NCBI GenBank assembly: GCA_020638905.1
Contig: JACKHP010000002.1
Coordinates: 258,910-322,909, forward strand
Reading direction: 5' to 3'
Length of the DNA: 64,000 nucleotides
Source: Planctomycetota bacterium
Lineage (GTDB): Bacteria; Planctomycetota; B15-G4
The stretch's first letter is position 1, and each line of letters begins with the position of its first letter. The position numbers and the translations under genes were made by a program. Shown here piece after piece: positions 1-8,602 of this stretch. Under the pieces are notes generated by a model, which saw only the letters and a program-made list of their open reading frames with translations, made no database searches and was not told the origin of the DNA.

Positions 1-175
1 CGAGTGACGATGCGCGCCCGTCGTCGTGCGACGTCTCCGCGATCGCAGCCGACGGATCGATGCGGGCGCCCTCGTTCGGCTCCTGTGCGGCGAACGCGAC
101 CCACACGACCCAGGCCACGACCGCGCACGACGCGAGCACGACCCACACCACGCGCGACCGCGGCGAGTTCGACAT
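1..175 (-). CDS. hypothetical small membrane protein, N-terminal part only (runs off the window start)
   Basis: ATG at 175 on the minus strand opens MSNSPRSRVVWVVLASCAVVAWVVWVAFAAQEP..., which contains one clear hydrophobic helix. The frame stays open to position 1. No family recognised. Confidence 0.3.
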   Translation of the reverse strand, partial: MSNSPRSRVVWVVLASCAVVAWVVWVAFAAQEPNEGARIDPSAAIAETSHDDGRASSL

Positions 176-298
176 GGCGGGATCCCCTCGGCCCAGCTCC
201 TCGCGCGGACGCGGTCCACCATAGAACGTGGCGTGCGAGGTGTCGATCGGCGGCGTGGCGCGAGCCTCCGCGCGCCGGGAACGTCGGAACTGCGAGCG

Positions 299-1780
299 CT
301 AACCGATGCGCGCGCGCCAGGCGACGAGCTGCGCGCGTACGTTCTCCGGCGCCGTCCCGCCGATCGCCCGGCGCGCGGCCACCGCGGCATCGGACGTGAG
401 CGCCGCGCGCACCGACGGGTCGAGCGCCGGGTGCGCCGCGCGCAGGACGTCGTCGGGCAGCGCCACGAGATCGACGCCCCGCGACTCGGCCTCGCGCACG
501 AGGCGTCCCGTGGCTTCGTGGGCCTCGCGGAACGAGACGCCACGCACCACGAGCCAGTCGGCGATCTCGGTCGCGAGCAGGTAGCCGGACGGGTCGTCGA
601 CCGCGGCGCGCATGGCCGCTGCGTCGAAGCGCACGTCGGCCAGCATCGCGTCGGTCACCGCGAGCATCTGGCGCAGCGTGTCGTACGCGTCGAACAGCGC
701 GGGTTTGTCCTCCTGCAGATCCTTGTGATACCCGAGCGGCAGCCCGCGCTGGAGCTCGAGCAGCGCGGCGAGCGCGCTCGAGACGCGCACCGCCTTGGCG
801 CGCAGCAGCTCGGCGCCGTCGGGGTTGCGCTTCTGCGGCATGATCGAGCTGCCTGTCGAGACCGCGTCCCCCAGGCGCGCGAAGCCGTACTCGCGGCCGC
901 ACCACAGCACGAGATCGGCGCCGAGGCGCGAGAGCGTCGTGGCGCAGCAGGCCATCGCGAACGCGAGCTCGCACGCGTCGCGGCGCGACGAGACCGCCTC
1001 GAGACTGTTGGGCGAGGGTGCCTCGAAGCCCAGCTCGCGCGCCGTCATCTCGCGGTCGATGGGGAACGTCGTGCCCGTCCCCGCGCCGGCGCCGAGCGGG
1101 CACTCGCGCGGCGTGCGGGCCAGTCCGCGCGCGTCGCTCTCGAGCATCTCGACCCACGCCAGGAGCGCGTGGCCGAGCAGCACCGGCTGGGCCCGCTGAA
1201 GGTGCGTGTAGTACGGCAGGATCGCCTCGCCGTCCCGCGCCACGAGGTCGAGCAGCCGACGCTGGACGACGCGCACGTCCTCGACGAGCTCGAGGGACGC
1301 GTCGCGCAGCCACAGCCGCAAGTCGGTGGCCACCTGGTCGTTGCGGCTGCGCGCGGCGTGCAGGCGCTTGCCGTCGTCGCCCACGAGCTCGGTGAGCCGG
1401 CGCTCGACCGCCATGTGGACGTCCTCGTCGCCGGGGTGCTCGACGAAGCGGCCTTCGGCGAACTCGCGCTCGACGAGACCGAGCCCGCGCAGGATGTTCG
1501 CCACCGCGTCCTTGGGCAGGATGCCCGTGGCGCCCAGCATGCGCACGTGCGCGCGGCTGCCGGCGATGTCCTGCCTCCACAGACGGCGGTCGAAGGGCAG
1601 CGAGCGGTTGATCGCGTCGAGCGCGGGATGCACGCCGCCGGCGAAACGTCCGCGCAGCAACGCGGCGCCGTCGACCGACGCGTCGCGCGCACCGTCCGCG
1701 CCGGACGTCGCCGACCGACCCTCGGTCGTCGCCGGAGCCGCGTCGTCGCGCTCGGGCTGGCTCTCGTGCCCGTCGCTCAC
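299..1780 (-). CDS. argH: argininosuccinate lyase
   Basis: C-terminal 493 aa of ORF 299..2842. Fumarate-lyase signature GSSIMPQKRNPD, plus SRNDQVATDLRLW and THLQRAQP. The GTG at 1780 overlaps the stop of the upstream gene (GTGA). Confidence 0.95.
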   Translation of the reverse strand: MSDGHESQPERDDAAPATTEGRSATSGADGARDASVDGAALLRGRFAGGVHPALDAINRSLPFDRRLWRQDIAGSRAHVRMLGATGILPKDAVANILRGLGLVEREFAEGRFVEHPGDEDVHMAVERRLTELVGDDGKRLHAARSRNDQVATDLRLWLRDASLELVEDVRVVQRRLLDLVARDGEAILPYYTHLQRAQPVLLGHALLAWVEMLESDARGLARTPRECPLGAGAGTGTTFPIDREMTARELGFEAPSPNSLEAVSSRRDACELAFAMACCATTLSRLGADLVLWCGREYGFARLGDAVSTGSSIMPQKRNPDGAELLRAKAVRVSSALAALLELQRGLPLGYHKDLQEDKPALFDAYDTLRQMLAVTDAMLADVRFDAAAMRAAVDDPSGYLLATEIADWLVVRGVSFREAHEATGRLVREAESRGVDLVALPDDVLRAAHPALDPSVRAALTSDAAVAARRAIGGTAPENVRAQLVAWRARIG

Positions 1781-2940
1781 GACGCGGCCTCCGCCTCGGT
1801 CTCGTCCGACGCCTCTCCGGCGCCCGCCGCCTCGTGCACGCCGAGGAACCTGCGCGCGATGGCGTCGTAGGCGGTCACCGCGGCGTGCACCTGCTCGAGC
1901 GCGACCCACTCGTCGGGCGCGTGGCTGGCCTTGCTCGTCCCCGGACCCATGACCACGCCGGGGACGTGCCGCAGGTGGAAGAGGTCGGACACGCCGCCGA
2001 ACCCGCGCACGCGGCCGGTCGGGCTCGCGGCCTTCGCCACGCGCACGATCTCGGCGTCGACGCCGATGCGCACCGGGTGGAAGCGCTCGCTGTGCACGAC
2101 GACCTCGCTCTCGCGGCCCACGACACCGCGCAGCAACGCCAGCATGCGCTCGTTGTCGCAATCGGGCGTGGGACGTCCGTCGAGCTGCACGACGCACTCG
2201 CCGGGCAGCACGTTCGGACGCGTGCCGCCGTGCACGACGGTGCACTGCAGCGTGGGAGGCCCGAGCAGCCGGTCGCTCACGCCCAGGTCGAGCGCGTGGA
2301 TCGCGAGCACGTCGCGCGCCGCGAGGTCGACCGCGTTGCGTCCCTCCCACGGACGGGAGGCGTGGGCGCTGCGGCCGTGGGCGATCACCGACGCGCGCAG
2401 CAGGCCGCGCTGCCCGGGACACACGTCGAGTTCGGTCGGCTCGCCGACGACGCACGCGTCGACCGGCGGCAGCTCGTGCACGCAGGCCTCGATGCCCTCG
2501 CCGCCGGTCTCCTCGTCGCACACGAGCGCCAGCACGAGGCGTCCCGCGAAGGCTGCGGGATCGAGCGCGGCGGCCACGGCGGCCATCGCGGCGACGCTCG
2601 ACTTGGCGTCGTTGCTGCCGCGACCGAGCAGGCGTCCGTCGGCGATCTCGCCCGACCACGGGTCGTGCGTCCAGCCGGGGCCCACGGGGACGACGTCGAT
2701 GTGCGAGCAGAGCAGCAGTCCCCGTCGCGTGACCCCCGGAGGGGCGGACGCGGTGCCGACGACCTCGGCCAACACGTTGCGTCCCGAGACGGTCACCGAC
2801 ACCCCGCGCCCGCGCAGCCAGTCGGCCAGCGCGTCGCGGCACGTCTCCTCTTCACCCGACACCGAGGGGATGCGCACCATCTCTTGCAGCAGCTCGACCG
2901 CCGCCTGCCCGGAGGGTGCGCGCGACGACCGAACGCTCAC
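1777..2940 (-). CDS. argE: M20-family deacetylase (acetylornithine / acetylcitrulline deacetylase type)
   Basis: Motifs LLLCSHIDVVPVGPGW, GRGSNDAKSS and LVCDEETGGEG are typical of ArgE/DapE M20 peptidases. Lies between argB and argH. GTGA overlaps at both ends (2937-2940, 1777-1780). Confidence 0.8.
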   Translation of the reverse strand: MSVRSSRAPSGQAAVELLQEMVRIPSVSGEEETCRDALADWLRGRGVSVTVSGRNVLAEVVGTASAPPGVTRRGLLLCSHIDVVPVGPGWTHDPWSGEIADGRLLGRGSNDAKSSVAAMAAVAAALDPAAFAGRLVLALVCDEETGGEGIEACVHELPPVDACVVGEPTELDVCPGQRGLLRASVIAHGRSAHASRPWEGRNAVDLAARDVLAIHALDLGVSDRLLGPPTLQCTVVHGGTRPNVLPGECVVQLDGRPTPDCDNERMLALLRGVVGRESEVVVHSERFHPVRIGVDAEIVRVAKAASPTGRVRGFGGVSDLFHLRHVPGVVMGPGTSKASHAPDEWVALEQVHAAVTAYDAIARRFLGVHEAAGAGEASDETEAEAAS

Positions 2941-3923
2941 GCGACACCTCCCTCGGTCTGCTTGCGCTCGCGCTTGCGGGCGGCACGGGCATCGACCTTG
3001 CCGCCCGGCGGCGTGACCTCCGCCGGACGCGGCGCGTGCGCCTCGGTCGCGATCAGCGTCCCGCAACCGTCGCGCGTGAACAGCTCGAGCAGCATCGCGC
3101 CCTCGTCGAGCCCCGAGAGGATGTGCGCGCGCTCGACCCCGCCTTCGACGGCCTCGACGAGCGACATGACCTTCGGCTTCATTCCGCCGCGCACGACGCC
3201 GCTGGCCACCGCCTCGCGCGCCTGCACCGGGCTCAGGTACGGGATGAGCGTCGCCGGGTCGTTCGCGTCGACGAGCACGCCGGGCACGGTCGTGAGCGAG
3301 ATGAGCTTGTACGCGCCGAGCGCGCGGGCCAGCACCGACGAGACCGTGTCGGCGTTGATGTTGAGCACGTTGCCCTCCTCGTCGCTGGCGAGCGACGAGA
3401 TGACCGGCACGTAGCCGTTGTCCATGAGCAGCGAGAGCAGCCGCGGCTGGACGTCGACGACGTCGCCCACGTGTCCGTAGTCGACCATCGAGACGCGCCC
3501 GCTCTCGGAGTCGCGCACCTCGACCGGACTGCGGCGCACCGCGTGGATCACGTCGCCGTCGACGCCCGAGAGGCCGACCGCCGCCACGCCCTGGGCGCGC
3601 AGGGCCGAGAGGATGTCGAGGTTCACCTGTCCCGCGAAGACCATCTTGGCCACGTCGAGGGTCTCGCGGTCGGTCACGCGGCGTCCCTCGACCATGACCG
3701 GCTGCAGGCCGAGGCGCTTCGACATCTCGGTCGCCTGCGGACCGCCGCCGTGCACGATGCAGGCGCGGATGCCGACGTGCACCACGAGCGAGAGGTCCTG
3801 TGCGAGCGAACGCAGCGCGTCGTCCTGGGCTGCCAGCTCGCCGCCCAGCTTGATCACCATCGTGCGTCCCTTGTGCCGGCGGATGTAGGGCAGCGCCTGC
3901 TTGAGGATGCTGATGTGCTTCAT
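2937..3923 (-). CDS. argB: acetylglutamate kinase (monofunctional, no GNAT domain)
   Basis: MKHISILKQALPYIRRH..MVIKLGGE, IVHGGGPQ and VLNINADT are amino-acid-kinase motifs. The ATG at 3923 shares a base with the upstream stop (TGATG). Confidence 0.93.
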   Translation of the reverse strand: MKHISILKQALPYIRRHKGRTMVIKLGGELAAQDDALRSLAQDLSLVVHVGIRACIVHGGGPQATEMSKRLGLQPVMVEGRRVTDRETLDVAKMVFAGQVNLDILSALRAQGVAAVGLSGVDGDVIHAVRRSPVEVRDSESGRVSMVDYGHVGDVVDVQPRLLSLLMDNGYVPVISSLASDEEGNVLNINADTVSSVLARALGAYKLISLTTVPGVLVDANDPATLIPYLSPVQAREAVASGVVRGGMKPKVMSLVEAVEGGVERAHILSGLDEGAMLLELFTRDGCGTLIATEAHAPRPAEVTPPGGKVDARAARKRERKQTEGGVA

Positions 3924-4972
3924 CACGAGGGCTCCTGCGAGGCGGGGTCGACGCCGGCCGCGCGACAGAGTGTCGCACGCTGGACGTCGAGGCGCGCGGC
4001 TGCCTGCTCGAACACGAGCGAGCGCGGGCCGTCGAGCAACGCGTCCTCGACGACCACGTTGCGGCGCACCGGCAGGCAGTGCATGAAGAACGCGCGGTCG
4101 CCGCGCTGCAGGTCGCGTTCGCGCACCATCCACCCGGGACGCCGCACCGCGGCGGACGCCACCTCGGCAGGCTCGCCGTAGTGTCGCGCGCTGCCCCAGG
4201 CCTTGGCGTACACGACGCGCGCGCCCTCGAAGGCGGCCTCGCGGTCGTGCGTGACCGTGAACGTCCCGCCGCGCCGGGCGGCCGAGGCGCGGGCCGCGTC
4301 GAGCACGGCGTCGGGCAGTTCGAAGCCCTCGGGATGGGCCAGCACGACGTCGTGTCCCTCGCGCGCGAAGGCCTGCACGGCGGCCGCCGGCACGGCCATC
4401 GGCAGCGGACGCACGTGCGGCGCCCAGGTCACGACGACCTTGCAGCGCTCGCCGACCTGGCGACGCAACGTGAGCGCGTCGGCCAACGCCTGGTGCGGAT
4501 GGTCGAGCGCCGACTCGAGGTTCAGCAACGGGACGCCGGACGCGCGCGCCGCCGCCGCGAGCACCGGCTCGGCCAGGTCGTCGGCCGCGTCGCGCAGTCC
4601 CGCGAAGGCGCGCAGTCCGATGCCGTCGACCATGCGCGCGAGCACGCCCACGGCCTCGCGCAGGTGCTCGGCCGCGGCGCCGTCCATGACGACGCCGTCG
4701 CGGTGTTCGAGGGTCCAGCTGCCCTCGCCGGGCTGCAGCGGGACGGCGTGGGCACCGAGGTCGTGGCAGGCCACCTCGAACGCGGTGCGCGTGCGCAGCG
4801 ACGGCGCGAGGAAGAGCATCGCGAAGCGCAGGCCGGCCAGCAGCGGACGCCGTCCCCGGTCGCCCGCGAGCAACTCGGACGCCGCGAGCAGCGCGTCCCA
4901 GGCGGCGTCGTCGAGGTCGCGCTGGACGAGCAGCGAGCGCGCGGCGAGCGCCGCGTCGGTCGCCACCGTCAC
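3923..4972 (-). CDS. argF': N-acetylornithine (or N-succinylornithine) carbamoyltransferase-type transcarbamylase
   Basis: Motifs APSLRTRTAFE, LDHPHQALAD, VVYAKAWGS (in place of the OTCase DxxxSMG block) and HCLPVRRNV. As I remember it, this aligns along its length with Xanthomonas AOTCase. The start is uncertain. GTG 4972 is the first in-frame start that does not overlap argD. Confidence 0.8.
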   Translation of the reverse strand: MTVATDAALAARSLLVQRDLDDAAWDALLAASELLAGDRGRRPLLAGLRFAMLFLAPSLRTRTAFEVACHDLGAHAVPLQPGEGSWTLEHRDGVVMDGAAAEHLREAVGVLARMVDGIGLRAFAGLRDAADDLAEPVLAAAARASGVPLLNLESALDHPHQALADALTLRRQVGERCKVVVTWAPHVRPLPMAVPAAAVQAFAREGHDVVLAHPEGFELPDAVLDAARASAARRGGTFTVTHDREAAFEGARVVYAKAWGSARHYGEPAEVASAAVRRPGWMVRERDLQRGDRAFFMHCLPVRRNVVVEDALLDGPRSLVFEQAAARLDVQRATLCRAAGVDPASQEPS

Positions 4973-5121
4973 GCGCGGCGCGGGGCCGAGCCGCGCGCGG
5001 GTCGCGCCGACCGCCGGGTCTCCGCACGCCCTCCCACCCGCGCCGGGTGCGTCGCGCCCGCCGCTCGCAGCGCGCGTGGCGCGCTCGTCGGGCTGCGCAC
5101 CCGCCCCCCTCGTCGCGGCGC

Positions 5122-6402
5122 TCACGTGAGGATCGCCCGCAACGCGTCGACGAACAGGCCCGCCTCCTCGCGCTCCAGCACGAGCGGCGGCAGCAGGCGC
5201 ATCTGCGCCTTCGGCTTCGACGAGCCCACGAGGATGCCGGCCTCGCGCAACGCCGCGATCACCGGCTTCGCGTCGCGGTCGAGGTCGACGCCCAGCAGCA
5301 GGCCCCGTCCATGGACGGCCCGCACGCCCGGCACGCGCAGCAGCTCGTCGGTCAGCCACGCGCCCTGCGCGGCGGCGTTCGCGCACAGCCCTTCGTCGCG
5401 CAGGATGTCGGCGGTCGCGGCCAACGCCGCGCACGCGAGCGGTCCCCCGCCGAAGGTCGTGCCTTGTTCACCGCTGCCGATGCCGGCCGCGACGTCCTCG
5501 CGCACGAAGACCACGCCGGCGGGCACGCCGCCCGCGGCACCCTTGGCCGCCGTGATGAGGTCGGGGACGACACCCACGCCCTCGCCGAAGAACGGCGTCC
5601 CGGTGCGTCCGAAGCCGGTCTGCACCTCGTCGAACACGAGCAGCGCTCCCCGCGCGCCGCACGACTCGCGCAGGCGCTCGAAGTACCCCGGCGCCGCCAC
5701 CTGCACCCCGCCCATCGACGGGATCGGCTCGAGCAGCACCGCGGCCACGTCGTCACCGAGCGCGGCGTCGAGGGCCTCGACGTCGCCGTAGGGCACCCAC
5801 GTCGTGTCGTCGGTCGGCACCGGCCACGACGGGTCGAGGTATCCGGGCAGTCCGGTCACGGCGAGGCTGCCCAGCGTGCGTCCGTGGAAGCCCTCGCGCA
5901 TGGCGACGATCCGGCGACGGCCGGTGTGACGACGCGCGATCTTGAGCGCGGTCTCGTTCGCCTCGCTGCCGCTGTTGCAGAAGAAGACGCGCCGCAGTCC
6001 CTCGGGCGCGAGCGAGGCGACCTTCTCGGCAGCCTCGGCGCGTACGTCGCTGTAGACCGCGTTGCTGTAGAACAGCAGGCGCGCGGCCTGGTCCTGCACG
6101 GCCTGCACGAGGCGCGGATGACAGTGCCCCACCGACGCGACGCAGTGTCCTCCGTAGAGGTCGAGGAAGCGCCGGCCCTGCACGTCGGTGACCCAGCAGC
6201 CACGCCCCTCGACGAGCACCAGCGGGATCTTGGAGTAGGTCGCGAGCTGCCAGTGGTCCTCGCGCTGCATGAGCTCGTCGGCCAGGGCGGCGAGCGCCTC
6301 GGGCCGGGAATCGCGCGACGCGCCCGTCGCGTGTGACGCCCGCGCGCGATCCTGCGACGAATCGCGACCCGACGACGGACGATGCGATGCCGATGCGTCC
6401 AT
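5122..6402 (-). CDS. argD: acetylornithine aminotransferase (class III PLP aminotransferase)
   Basis: Motifs NSGSEANETALK, LVFDEVQTGFGRTG and LITAAKG (PLP lysine). The ATG at 6402 is preceded by GGAGGA. Confidence 0.9.
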   Translation of the reverse strand: MDASASHRPSSGRDSSQDRARASHATGASRDSRPEALAALADELMQREDHWQLATYSKIPLVLVEGRGCWVTDVQGRRFLDLYGGHCVASVGHCHPRLVQAVQDQAARLLFYSNAVYSDVRAEAAEKVASLAPEGLRRVFFCNSGSEANETALKIARRHTGRRRIVAMREGFHGRTLGSLAVTGLPGYLDPSWPVPTDDTTWVPYGDVEALDAALGDDVAAVLLEPIPSMGGVQVAAPGYFERLRESCGARGALLVFDEVQTGFGRTGTPFFGEGVGVVPDLITAAKGAAGGVPAGVVFVREDVAAGIGSGEQGTTFGGGPLACAALAATADILRDEGLCANAAAQGAWLTDELLRVPGVRAVHGRGLLLGVDLDRDAKPVIAALREAGILVGSSKPKAQMRLLPPLVLEREEAGLFVDALRAILT

Positions 6403-6416
6403 GGGGACGTCCTCCG

Positions 6417-7445
6417 TCACGGCCCGAGGGCCGCGTGGCGCAGTCCGGTCGTCTCGTCGAGACCGAACATGAGGTTCGCGTTCTGCACGGCCGTGCCGGC
6501 CATGCCCTTGACGAGGTTGTCGATCGTCACGAAGACGCACACCGTGCCCGTCCCCGCGACGGCGGCGACGTCGGCGAAGTTGCTGCCGGCCACGGCGCGC
6601 ACCTCGGGCGTGCCGGGCACGAGCCGCACGAAGACCTCGTCCTCGTAGGTCGAGCGCAGCACCTGCACGGCCTCGCGCTCGCGTCCGCGCTTGACCGGCA
6701 CGAAGGCGGTCACCGCGATGCCGCGCGAGAAGGGCGCCGAGTGCGGGACGAAGTCGACGCCGTCGAAGGCCGGCGCCACGCCGCGCAGGTGCTGTTCGAT
6801 CTCGGGCACGTGCTGGTGGTCGAGCGGCTTGTAGGCCTTGAAGCTCGCGAAGCGCTCGGGGTGGTGCGTGCCCTTGCCGGGAGCGCTGCCCGAGCCCGAA
6901 GACCCGGTCACGCTGGCCACCGCGGGACGTCCCGTGACCAGGCCCTCGCGCACGAGCGGCCAGAGCGCGAGCAACGTCGCGCTGGCATGGCAGCCGGGGT
7001 TCGCCACGAGCCGCGCGCCGCGCACGGCGCCGCGCGCGCCACACTCGGGCAGCCCGTAGACGGCCTTCTCGAGCGCCTCGGGATGAGCGTGCGCCTTGCC
7101 GTAGTGACGCGCGTACTCGTCGGCGTCGCGCAGGCGGTGGTCGCCCGAGAGGTCGATCACGCGCACGTCGGGATGACGCTCGAGCAACGGCCCGATCTCG
7201 GACGCGGCCACGCCGTGCGGCGTCGCGAACACGAGCAGGTCGTGCGTCTCCGCCAGGTCGTCGGCCGAGGCGTCGACGAACGACAGCTCGGTGAGCCCGC
7301 GCAGACCGGGATGCACGTCGACCACCGCGCCCTTGCTCGTGCGGCTCGTGACCGTCGCGATCTCGAGCTCGGGATGCAGCAGCGAGAGCCGCAGCAGCTC
7401 CATGCCGCCGTAGCCCGTGCCGCCGACGAGGGCGGTGCGGATCAT
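6417..7445 (-). CDS. argC: N-acetyl-gamma-glutamyl-phosphate reductase
   Basis: MIRTALVGGTGYGGMELLRL forms a Rossmann N-terminus, and the catalytic motif ANPGCHASA is present. The ATG at 7445 overlaps the stop of the upstream gene (ATGA). Confidence 0.93.
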   Translation of the reverse strand: MIRTALVGGTGYGGMELLRLSLLHPELEIATVTSRTSKGAVVDVHPGLRGLTELSFVDASADDLAETHDLLVFATPHGVAASEIGPLLERHPDVRVIDLSGDHRLRDADEYARHYGKAHAHPEALEKAVYGLPECGARGAVRGARLVANPGCHASATLLALWPLVREGLVTGRPAVASVTGSSGSGSAPGKGTHHPERFASFKAYKPLDHQHVPEIEQHLRGVAPAFDGVDFVPHSAPFSRGIAVTAFVPVKRGREREAVQVLRSTYEDEVFVRLVPGTPEVRAVAGSNFADVAAVAGTGTVCVFVTIDNLVKGMAGTAVQNANLMFGLDETTGLRHAALGP

Positions 7446-8602
7446 GCACCGCCCTCCGACGTCATCCCGCCGGACGCATCGCGTGCGCCACCCGTCGCCG
7501 CGTCGCGGGCGGTCGTCGGCGAGCCTTCGTCGCCGCGCAGGCGCGCGGTCGAGTCGGCTTCGCGCGCGGCCAGCACGCGTCCGAAGGTGGCGTCTTCGAC
7601 GAGGTCGGTGAGCAGCACGCCGTCGGTGCGCGCGTTCGCGGCCGCGATGCCGAGTTCGTCGCGCAGGTACGCCATGCCCACCGCGTTGTCGGTGGCCGGC
7701 CCGGCCACGACGTCGACCGTGAGCCCGCGTCGCGTGAACCACTCGACGCCGCCCCAGGCCGCCACGAGGTCGGTGGCGCACAGCACGTGCGACGCCACGA
7801 GGGCGGCGAATCCCTCGTCCTCGAGGATCGACGCCACGCCGTAGCTGCCGATGATGCCGTCGCCCATCTCGGCGATGATCACGTCGAGGTCGGGTGCCGC
7901 CTGGGCCGCCGCGCGCAGCACGTGCCGCGCCACGGGCGCCACGTCGGTCATGCCGGCGGTGCTGGGCAGGCCGACGTCCATGAAGCTGAGCACGATCTGG
8001 GCGCCGTGGTCGGCCATGTTGAGCGTGTCGCGCTGGGCGGCGACGCCGGTGAGCTTCACGCCGCCGACCGCGTAGCCGCGCGCGGTGAGGTGCGTCACGA
8101 GCTCGCACGCCGCCGACGTCTTGCCGGCGTTCATGCAGGTGCCCGAGATCGCGATCACCGGCGGCACCTCGACGTCGTCCGGGGGGACGGGCAGCGCGAA
8201 GTCGGCGATGTTCAGGCCGCGTCCGTTGCGCGTGGCCATGCCGAGCACCTCGACGCGCAGCGGGTGGCCGACGTCCTTGTTCTCGGAGACGGCCTCGCCC
8301 AGCACGCCGCCCAGGTTGAGGATGTGCAGCACGTCGCCGGCCTTGATCGACGTCGGGACGCGCCCGACGAAGCCGCGCAGGGCGTCGCGCCGTCCGAGGG
8401 CGCCCACGAGCACGTCGCCCTGGCTCACGTGCGCCATGCGTCCCGTGGTGAGCTCGATCACGTCGTAGACGCGCTTCTCCTCGAGCGCGCGCACCACGAG
8501 CACCTGGCCGCTCTTCGCCTCGACGAGGCGCGAGACCTCGACCTCGGGACCGAGTCCCACGCGCGAGACGACGCTGCCGACCTTGTGCGGACGGATCTTC
8601 AT
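7442..8602 (-). CDS. uncharacterised P-loop protein (GTxxxxGKT, BioD/DUF1611-like) embedded in the arg operon
   Basis: 386 codons, coupled at both ends (TGATG with argG at 8602, ATGA with argC at 7442-7445). Contains PVIAISGTCMNAGKTSAACELVTHLTARGYAVGGVKLTG, then IIAEMGDGIIGSYG. The N-terminal ~150 aa are beta-rich and I do not recognise them. Confidence 0.8.
   Translation of the reverse strand: MKIRPHKVGSVVSRVGLGPEVEVSRLVEAKSGQVLVVRALEEKRVYDVIELTTGRMAHVSQGDVLVGALGRRDALRGFVGRVPTSIKAGDVLHILNLGGVLGEAVSENKDVGHPLRVEVLGMATRNGRGLNIADFALPVPPDDVEVPPVIAISGTCMNAGKTSAACELVTHLTARGYAVGGVKLTGVAAQRDTLNMADHGAQIVLSFMDVGLPSTAGMTDVAPVARHVLRAAAQAAPDLDVIIAEMGDGIIGSYGVASILEDEGFAALVASHVLCATDLVAAWGGVEWFTRRGLTVDVVAGPATDNAVGMAYLRDELGIAAANARTDGVLLTDLVEDATFGRVLAAREADSTARLRGDEGSPTTARDAATGGARDASGGMTSEGGA

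Noticed and set aside
4973-5434. Longer N-terminal extensions for argF' (ATG 5434), ctaB (ATG 16464), argG (ATG 10020) and ligA (GTG 43540).
   Set aside because: The extensions overlap the preceding gene or the AT-rich promoter patch and have junk-like composition. Shorter starts give family-typical N-termini. The ctaB and ligA alternatives remain possible and are noted in the features.
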